Of a DNA stretch of 64,000 nt, positions 54,937 through 64,000 are shown in pieces. The DNA comes from Chrysomallon squamiferum (lineage: Eukaryota; Animalia; Mollusca): the NCBI GenBank assembly GCA_012295275.1, contig CM022670.1, forward strand, positions 37,014,001-37,078,000. The letters are read 5' to 3'. The position numbers were made by a program, and so were the translations under genes. The first letter of the stretch is position 1, and every line of letters starts with the position of its first letter. Below the pieces are notes generated by a model, which saw only the letters and a list, made by a program, of their open reading frames with translations, had not been told where the DNA came from and searched no databases.

Positions 54937-57226
54937 TAGTGGAACCTCGAGTTACGAACGCCTCGAAGCACGAACAAATCGGTTTACGAACCGTGATCTT
55001 GGGTAATTTTTGCCTCGGTTTACGAATAATGTCCCGAGTTACGAACGACAAGCTTTCTTTTGATGTCGGTTTTAGCGCCAATAGCTAGTAAAGAAGAGAA
55101 CACCAGAACCGAGGTCAAAGTAAGGATTATAGGCATGCCCTATAGCAAATATATATCGTGAATTAGGGCCTTTAGTCTTCGACACCCAGTTGCAGCTTGA
55201 TAGCATTTGCATTGGGATTGTGTGCTCGCATTTTTTAAAGTGTTGCTACTTTTATGTGTATATTTTTTTATTATAACCTATCCAATATGGCGCCCAAGAA
55301 AATAAAAAGTGAAAGCGATAATGCTTGTGGAAAGTATAAAAGTATCACAGTAGAGATTAAGAAAGAAATAATTGCAAAACATGAGAGTGGCGTTCGTGTG
55401 ACTGACATTGCTAGGTATTACAGTATGGCGAAGTCAACAATTTGCACCATCCTCAAGAAAAAAGAAGTAATCAAGACAGCCAATGTGGCCAAAGGTGTGA
55501 CTAATCTCACGAGGCAAAGGTCCCAAATTTTAGATGAAGTTGAAAAACTTCTCTTAATTTGGATCAATGAAAAGCTACTTGCAGGAGATAGCGTTAGTGA
55601 GGCAATAATATCCAAAAAAGCTAAGCTTTTGCATAGTGATTTGTTGTCAACATTGCCTAGTACATCTGCTAAAAGTGATGAGTTTAAAGCCAGCAGAGGT
55701 TGGTTTGAGAAGTTTAAAAAAAGAACAGGCATTCATGTTATTAGGCATCAGGAAGCTGCAAGTTCCAACAAGAAAGAAGCAGAAATGTTTAAGGTGAAAT
55801 TTGAGAACTTTGTCACAGAGGAAGGCTACATACCACAACAAGTCTTTAACTGCGATGAGATGGGTCTCTTCTGGAAGAAAATGCCAAAGAGGACGTTTAT
55901 CACAGAGGAAGAGAAGGCTCTACCGGGGCACAAACCAGTTAAGGACAGGCTGACGTTGCTGTTATGTGCCAATGCAAGTGGCGACTGCAAGATTAAGCCA
56001 CTGTTGGTCTACCACTCAGAAAATCCCTGCGTCTTTAATTGCAATAATGTCCAGAAAAACAAACTCCCTGTGATGTGGAGAGCTAATGAGAAGGCATGGG
56101 TGACAAGACTTATCTTCATGGAATGGCTGACTAAAGTGTTTGCCCCAAGTGTGAAGAGGTATTTGGAGGAAAATCATCTGCCACTTCGATGTCTCTTGAT
56201 TATGGATAATGCTCCTGCACACCCCCCAGATTTGGAGGAGGTCTTGGATATCAAGTATAACTTCATTAAGGTCAAATTCCTGCCTGCCAACACAACTCTG
56301 TTACTTCAACCCATGGAGCAACAAGTGATCTCAAACTTCAAGAAATTGTACACAAAGGCTCTCTTTTCAAAGTGTTTTCAGATAACAAATGATACTAATT
56401 TGACACTCAGAGACTTCTGGAAAGATCACTTCAACATTTTCCATTGCATCAACCTCCTAGACAAGGCGTGGAACGATGTCTCTACCTACACTTTGCACTG
56501 TGCTTGGAGAAAACTTTGGCCAGGGTGTGTACCAGAAAAAGGCTTAGAGGTATTCGAGGTAGACATGTCATTTAGATTAGTGGATGAGATTGTGTCCTTG
56601 GGAAAAAATATGGGCCTGGAAGTCAATGGCGATGACATAGAGGAGCTTATTGAAGATTACAGCGAAGAACTCACTACAGAGGAGCTTGTAAATCTTCAGA
56701 GTGAACAACTCAAGGCATTAAAGCATGAGCAATTGTCTGATGATAAAGAGGTAAGGACTGAGGTTTCTACTGCTAGAATAAAAGAAATTTGCAGTAAGTG
56801 GGCTGATATTGAAGAGTTTATTGTGAACCATCACCCAAACAAACTTGTGGCAAACAGGGCAGTTACCTTGATAAATGATAATGCGATGGCACACTTCAGA
56901 AACATTCTCCGACAAAGAATGAAACAAATTTCTCTTGATCGTTTCCTTATGCAGAAAGAAGCAGAACCAGATACCAAAAGACAACGAAAACAAACTGCTG
57001 AAGGAGCATTCCCCAGTGTTACTATGGAAGGAGTCTCGCTTTCCAAACAATAACTTCCTCCTCTTCACTGTCACCATCCACCCGTGACAGACTCTCCACC
57101 ACATTGTGTTTATTCCGGTTAAAAAGCCCTGAAAACAGTGAAAATAAAATGTTATTTCAAAGCTTCGGTTTATGATCCCAGAGAAAGTTCTGGAACAAAT
57201 TAAGTTTGTAACCTGATGTTCCACTT
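54937..57226 (+). mobile_element. Full-length Tigger/pogo DNA transposon, 2290 bp, TA target duplication
   Basis: TA(54935-36)-TAGTGGAACCTCGAGTTACGAAC ... GTTTGTAACCTGATGTTCCACTT-TA(57227-28). The 23-bp TIRs match at 18/23 positions. Subterminal TTACGAA repeats at 54950-55047. Confidence 0.88.
55287..57053 (+). CDS. Tigger transposase / TIGD1-like protein, 588 aa, intronless
   Basis: Uninterrupted ORF starting MAPKK (upstream in-frame ATG at 55254). HTH domains (EIKKEII...STICTILK; FKASRGWFEKFKKR) and DDE_1 motifs FNCDEMGLFWK, KDRLTLLLCANASG, IMDNAPAHP, LLQPMEQQVI. Confidence 0.95.
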   Translation: MAPKKIKSESDNACGKYKSITVEIKKEIIAKHESGVRVTDIARYYSMAKSTICTILKKKEVIKTANVAKGVTNLTRQRSQILDEVEKLLLIWINEKLLAGDSVSEAIISKKAKLLHSDLLSTLPSTSAKSDEFKASRGWFEKFKKRTGIHVIRHQEAASSNKKEAEMFKVKFENFVTEEGYIPQQVFNCDEMGLFWKKMPKRTFITEEEKALPGHKPVKDRLTLLLCANASGDCKIKPLLVYHSENPCVFNCNNVQKNKLPVMWRANEKAWVTRLIFMEWLTKVFAPSVKRYLEENHLPLRCLLIMDNAPAHPPDLEEVLDIKYNFIKVKFLPANTTLLLQPMEQQVISNFKKLYTKALFSKCFQITNDTNLTLRDFWKDHFNIFHCINLLDKAWNDVSTYTLHCAWRKLWPGCVPEKGLEVFEVDMSFRLVDEIVSLGKNMGLEVNGDDIEELIEDYSEELTTEELVNLQSEQLKALKHEQLSDDKEVRTEVSTARIKEICSKWADIEEFIVNHHPNKLVANRAVTLINDNAMAHFRNILRQRMKQISLDRFLMQKEAEPDTKRQRKQTAEGAFPSVTMEGVSLSKQ

Positions 57227-58114
57227 TAAGTGAAATGGAAGACTGTTTGGATGGAAGATCAAATCCAAAAACATGTTTCTTTAAACATGTTTACTATTCA
57301 TTCAAAGCCCAAGTGCATTTTTAAAGACATAAAATAAAAATGTCCAAATTGATTCAGAAATTTGAAGTCAGCACAGGTTAACACTAGTTTATTTCTGCTT
57401 TGATAAGAATGCATGGATGACTATCCCGATATTTGTAGACTGGTTTTTTTATCAGTTTTATATTGAGGCTCAGTATTGTAATGAAAAATATTGCTTACTT
57501 TGGACAGTGCACCTGGACTTAACATACTTAAAAAAAAAAAAATTCTTTCCTTTGTTAAAATTGTATATCCCACCCCAAATAGTACCTCTGTACTGCAGCC
57601 AATGGACCAGGGAGTCTTTGCTATCTTTAAAGCCTGTTATCTGACAGTAAATGAAGTATCTGGATAAACACTGACATGACATTCTATTCTTTCTGATAAT
57701 TTTACAATGTGTCAGATTTTAAAAAGGATGTCATACTTACAGTACCTTATCACTGTTTACTAACTTCTTCTTTTTTTTTTAATATATATAACTGTATAGC
57801 AACACTTGGTATTACTATAGGTTTGTGTTCTAAATCATTACCTTAAATGACTAATGCTATCAACAATTCTGATTTTAATCATTACTGAACAAAATTATAA
57901 TTTATATATACAACTAGCATTGATTACCCTTCTTACACCTAAAACATGATGTTCTTTACATTTACATTTGTTAAATTTTTCTAATTTTTTAGAATAATAT
58001 ACCAAATTTAGTTGAATAGTGAAATCAAAGATCTACTCAAAATCTTATTTCATAGTTTTGCATTTTACATCTTTGAATTTTAATCTGTTAATGACGACAA
58101 AGACAAACACACAT

Positions 58115-61100
58115 TTAGATTTGTAAGGGCATTTTTATTTTTATTTCCATAAAAATACAATGTCATATTTACAATTCATGATTTTGTACAGATCTCATTT
58201 CAATATACAACCCAAGTCAGGGTTGGAATGCTCTAAAACAATCCAAGGCTGTTAACACCAATATCTTAGCACCTGGCATGGTCATCAACATTGCTGTCAA
58301 TTTGATCCCAGAGAAATTACAAAGTGCAAAGAGACGCACCATCACAACATCTCTCCAACTGGAACAGGGTCTCACACTAAACAACACAATTTAGGTGGAA
58401 ATACTCATATATAAAATACTTATGGTGGCCACCACCATAATGAAACAGCCATGGCATAAATTAATTTCTTAATTTCTCTACAGCTTAGTAGAATCATTCA
58501 GGGCACAGTGTGCTCCAGCACAGAATAACAAAATCTATATATTTACACATTGTTTTGAAATGTAAATTCATTCCCCCACCCACAGATAGAGAAAAAAATT
58601 ATCTTCTATCCTGGGAATTACTTCCAAAAGTTCTCCCATTTTATAAAATCTTTCAAAATATTTCATTAAAACATTTTATTATTCCAGTTCATTATATTAA
58701 AAATAATAATTTGATTAGTCTGATGAACACATGAATACAATATTGACATAGTTAACAAAAAAAAATGCCCCAAAAAGTAATTTGTTACAGTATTAATTAT
58801 ACAGACAATATTTTATCCGAAAATTTAGATTTCATTAATTCGTAACAGTATTTTAAAAACAGTAAATATATTAATTAATGTGAGACACTGGTAAATTCCT
58901 TTTACATATATATATATATATACTGAAAAACAAGTCTAAAAATATTTTTAAAGAATGGTCTGCAAAATTATTTTGACAACAGCTCTTTAATAAGTTAAAA
59001 AAACGGACATCATATAGGCATAAGTTTTCCCATAGCTGAGTTCGTGTGTCCCCTACTGACAGATGATTACTGCATTTACACTTTGTCAGTCTCAAATTCA
59101 AAACTATTTTTAAGTACCATGCCTAGTTTGCACTGCAACTGGTACTTGTTGTATATATCTGATAGACAAACTTAGAAAAGTTTTTTCAATTTTTTTTTTT
59201 AATGTATATACAGATTATCATTCAACTTATAATGGTATTTGCAAGTACAAAATCATTGTTTCAGACAATAATCTTACAATACTGATAAATACTATACTGT
59301 AAAAACATAGGTTAATTTAGCTGAAATAATTCTGTCTGTTAATAGTTCTTTTTCTAAAAAAAGCTGATGCTGAATGTATATAATAATTAAACATTATTGT
59401 TATCTAAAAGGCAGAACAAGACTAAGCCAAAAAATTAGTTTTACAATTCTAGTTGATTTTAAACTAGGTTTCCAACAGACATTTCATTTAAATTCTATAT
59501 TTGCCTCAAATTCTTTATTCTTATTCGGAGCACTAAACATGGATGTGTATGAATAATAAACAGAAAGAAAAACAGTGTGGGGGAAAAAGTCATCAAAATG
59601 TGGTTTCTGTTGATGTATGTTTTCTTCTGTCAATGAGTTATTTATTAATTATATTTTCTGTTTTATTTACTTGCTAATGTGTTAGTCATATTATGTTTCT
59701 GCCTTTTAAAACTTAAATTCTGATGGTATTAAACAAAAATTAAAGTTAGTGATCTATTTGACAATTCAATTTTTAAAGTCGTTACAAACTTTCATATGTA
59801 GTTAAATTTTATATAAGAAAACTAACTCACTCCAGTGAAATGAATCCAATATTTAATCTGAAATTTGTTCCTGAAAATGGGAAAGCTGTTTCAGAAAATG
59901 ATAAAGGTAGGGTTTCCACCAGTTTAAAATGGAAAGTAAATTCTCCAGTACTTTACGTTTGAAAACTAACCTCTATTGAAATATTATAAAAAGCCAATAA
60001 TGTTTAGACCAATTTTAAAAAGAAAACAAAAGAACAAACAAAAATCCAATGACATTTTGTTTTTGTTATTTTGAGGTGGTTGAACCATATATTTAACAGT
60101 AAATACGTCTGGTGAAAACCCTGTGTTTAAGTCTTTTAAGCATCTTGACAAAAAAAGTTACTTAAAAGATGGTTGACATTTTTCAGTTCTAAGCACTGTT
60201 TGCCAGAGACAATGCACCAAACTGTGAACAAAGAAATGGGAATGGATGAATAAAACGGATGACTTTATTTACAATATGGTATGTACAAATAAATCTCATG
60301 ACAGGCATGTTTGTGCTGAAGTTCAAGTGACTCAGCAAGTGTACAAAATCCTTTTGACCTTCCTTTTTGGGGTAATGAAAAAACTATGTGGATTACACTT
60401 TTATTACTTGCCGTTTGTATTATACCCTTTGAAATTCATTTTACATTATTTTCAACATAACAAATTCTGAGAAAAAAAAATCTGAAAAAAAAAAAAAAAA
60501 AAAAAAAATAAAAGTCCTTTACAGTCATTCCCAATTGTATGAAAACAGTACTTAAATTTTGTTCATGTAACAATGTTGTCTAATTCTGTGAAACAAAAAT
60601 CTATTCTCTATTCTCCCTAATTTTATTTTTAAATTTTTTTTTTTATTTGATGTGGGCATCCTAACTGAATTTCAGCTATGTCTGAATTATCTTTTTCTTA
60701 CAATATTTCTTTTTGAAAAATAAAAATAATAATCATTATGTTTACAATACATCAGTATATTATTAAAGATGTGACAGTGGAATGTAAATGAAAACATTTT
60801 TTTTAATGGAAAAGCTATTCCATTCACAATGAAGTCCCCCCTGAACAGAAGAAAACAAAGTATCAGAAAATATTTTTCTATTAACTAGATAAATTTCCTG
60901 TCTAGATACAAGAAATAATGTCAAATGACATCTAATTTTATTTCCTAATATTTCCCCTCATGTTTCTGTATTCTTCACACATAAAAATACGTAACAGTTA
61001 CATTTATTCTATCTTTTATGAGATTTACAAATCATAGGAGAACATTATTGACTGAAATGAGAAATGTAATTCATGTGTTGTAACTTGACATGTTTAGTTA

Positions 61101-62823
61101 AAAATGCTGCATGTTATTGAGCACATAAAATTTTCAAAAATACACTAAAGTCTCACCTTTTTGTAAACAGCCCAGTGTCATGCTAATTTTTGTCTCTGTG
61201 TATTACTGATATGTAAAAAGTAAAGCACTGGGCCTAAGAAAAACAGACTTGAATGATTCTTACAGCAGAACACAACAATATAATTCTGTCATTTAATTTA
61301 TGTTATTTTTCAAAGACTTTCAACATCACTCAATAATTCAATAGCTTCAGATTTTTGTTAAATATTTTATATGAATGTAATTAAAAAAAAAAAAAAAAAA
61401 AAAAAATGTAAAACCAACATTTGAGTTACTGGAGATTTGTTCATCTCTTAATCCCCCAAAACCCCTGAAATATTATAAATTATAATATGTCATGGACTTA
61501 AAAAAAATAAAATAAAAAATAAAACACAGCATCACAATGGATACAGATATTAATTAACTAGAAGTGCAGCCTACTTTATGGCCATCAAGGCCAACTTCAA
61601 TCATCAATAAGAATGCTTTAAAGAAATTCTGTGACCATATGCACAATGTCAACCAAAACTGAATTCAGAATTATTCTGTAAATTTCTGAAATCACAAAGT
61701 AATTCTTTTTAAAAAAAATTTATTAAGTGGTGAGGTGGGAAGGATTTGTGAAAATGTTTCCTTTGTTTCAATGAGCATTATCATGCAAAAAGTCTCACTG
61801 AACTTATAACAGTAATCATTAAATGTAAGTATTAATATAAGACAAAGGATGGCACTGCCACCAACTATTTGTGTGAATGTGAAATTACTTCATATTACTT
61901 GCCCAGTTTTGAAAAAAGGTTTTGGAAATTTAAAATAATAAAATTAATTCTTACATCTCTTCATTGTCAACAAAAATAAAATCATCTATAAATACTGAAT
62001 GCTGCAAAACAATTTGTTAATGATAACACTTTTGTTCTGATCTAACTTTTCTTTTGCTGAAAATGTGGGTGGATCACATAATCATATATTCTAAAATTAT
62101 CTTAATGAAACCAAAGCTATATTCCCATAAAGGTTATTTGTAAAAAATAGAGATAAACTCCTAACAAATCATGATTGTACAGAATAATTTTATTTTTAAA
62201 ACAGTTCTCAATCATTAGAACTAAATATTGCAAAATAATTTGGTCTTTTCAAAACAGTTTTCTTTGGAACGTGGTTATAAAAGAAACAAAAACTCTCATC
62301 ATGCCAGGTAATTTCACTCTTTTCAATTTTACCAATGATTGAATTATAGGGAATCTACTTCATTTCTAACCATGGATGTCACTGATGAAATTATCAATGG
62401 ACGGACAAGAAAAAAAAAAAAAATAATTGTCTCTATCCTTTTGCGTAACTTTTTAAGAATATGTAAAAATAAAATTCTGACAATCTGAAACAACCGTAAA
62501 GGCAGAATACGTGGAGAAAAAAAAAAAAAAAAATGAAAAAAATTTCTTAACAATTTTAAAAACCCACAGCTCATTTCCCAAATCACTGCTACACAAAGAA
62601 GATATGAAAAGCAAGCAAGTTCCTTTATCAATGTAATGAAGTCACAGAATCATTTCTGAACATGGGATTACTATTTGGTCACTAAAGCACACTGAGATCT
62701 TTCTGAAGTCAACTCGATGGCCAAAATATACACAAGAGCTGTCTGGACTTATAATTCAGGTTCTAAAGATGCTGCCTTACATAAAACGCCAGACTGCACT
62801 TGCTGTGTGTGATTACTCAGCTG
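58115..62823 (-). other. Putative long (up to about 4.7 kb) PAN3 3' UTR
   Basis: No recognisable exons or credible ORFs. Tandem minus-strand AATAAA at 58134-58145, followed by U/GU-rich sequence. Extent is inferred. Confidence 0.45.
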
Positions 62824-64000
62824 CTAAGAGTAGTTTGCCTGATGAGCAACATTCAACAGCTCGGAGAAAGCACTCTGGAAACATCTTTTGATTTCCGCGT
62901 ACGACACAACTAGAACAACTTGCTCATCACGAGACATCAGGCAAATCTTTTCAGGGACGCCTGCATCAAGCTGCAAAATACACAATTAAAATTCTATTTC
63001 AACACAGACAATCATGTATCATCATGTGTACATATATACATGCAGAAATAATATATTTACTTAATTTCTCAATAAGAACAATTTACAAACAGAATGAACT
63101 AAGTCTTCATTTACAAATGTAACAAAAGAAACCCAATAAAAATAAAATTTAAATATTAAGTAAAATGCTGACGACATCATTCAACCATTTATATAGTATT
63201 TTTTGTCAGACAAATGATAAATGTGCAGATTTCAATACATGGAATTTGATCCATTTTTTTATGTAACAAGAAAAAAGATAAGGAAAAACGATAAGGAAAA
63301 AAGAAAGAATCCGTTTCTCTTTTTAAAAATACAGTTTCGTCAGCCAGGGTGAATGCATTCAATAAATGAATAAATGAGATGCGCTTGCTTTAGTTTAAGA
63401 TATCTAAGTAACTGCAATCAAAGTGCAGTAGGTGTGCTGTCAGTTTGCAACTGAAGTTAACAGTGCTAGGAAATTTCTGAATGAAGATATCACAACTGAC
63501 CTTATTCATGCACTGCACAATATGTGCCATGTCAATCCAGGGTGCTCCATTCTCATCAACTTGATGAAAGAGATAATCTCTGAACAGCTTTAGAATGTAC
63601 CGGTCTCCAGTCTCAGTCCAACTCTGATCCATGTTGAATCTGCAACAAAGTGAAGTGTTTTAAAACAAGCTGAAGTTTACAACGATTATTGATTAATTAA
63701 TTCATTTTTTTTCTATTTTTATTTAAATACTTTTGGCATAAAGCTATTATTTAAGTTAATATTTTAAAACATTTAACATTAATACTCATTAAACCAATCA
63801 AATGGACAAAATCTTCATGGTATACCACAAAATAATTCCAAACCCACAGAAGTAAATGTAATTAAGTTTTTAACAAATGAGTAAGTACAACATTATTCAA
63901 TTCTGTTGGTAAGAAAGATCATTTTTATGTTATCAATAATTTTTCTTAGTTAATTAACTTACTCTGGTCTTTCATTTACTGAACCAAGTTTACACAGTAG
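62824..64000 (-). CDS. PAN3: PAN2-PAN3 deadenylase subunit PAN3, last three exons (5' part outside the window)
   Basis: Exons (minus) 64000-63963 (LLCKLGSVNERPE), 63639-63501 (WTETGDRYILKLFRDYLFHQV...HIVQCMNK) and 62970-62824 (LDAGVPEKICLMSRDEQ...*): PAN3 C-terminal knob domain. Confidence 0.95.

Larger units (their letters stand above)
54678..57381 (+). pseudogene. Older decayed Tigger/pogo transposase N-terminus, split by the younger Tigger (pieces 54678-54934 and 57229-57381)
   Basis: Left piece: MAGVKR...KRSVIDLETKMK/IIQKHEGGQ..SVAV*FRIALSTANIIVKD...TKKRT. Right piece: SEME../VWMEDQIQK...TIHSKPKCIF...FEVSTG*. Together these match the HTH_psq-like + CENP-B/Tc5 HTH pattern, with stops and frameshifts. 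Confidence 0.8.

Noticed and set aside
55418-57224. Antisense ORFs within the Tigger element
   Set aside because: Shadows of the transposase ORF.

Overview
AT-rich, microsatellite-dense eukaryotic (animal) DNA. SINE remnants and gene architecture suggest a mollusc/gastropod (inference). Five spliced host genes can be rebuilt by hand with phase-consistent splice sites: (1) a ~2,680-aa MGA-like gene (+, CDS 8091-23016) with recognisable MGA conserved blocks but no visible T-box or bHLH; (2) a doublecortin-like kinase (+, 32763-41283); (3) PAICS (-, 43919-48172); (4) XPNPEP3 (-, 50172-53704); (5) the 3' end of PAN3 (-, stop at 62824, running off the window). There is also an intact intronless Tigger/pogo transposase ORF (+, 55287-57053). 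Main oddities: the intact Tigger has decayed TIRs and a D->E catalytic change and sits inside an older dead Tigger ORF next to the XPNPEP3 promoter; the MGA-like TGA is followed by 120 in-frame sense codons; a 27-nt microexon interrupts an MGA Cys-repeat; XPNPEP3 has a 1-nt frameshift upstream of its last metal ligand and a GC-AG intron. All homology calls are from recognition of motifs, not database searches.
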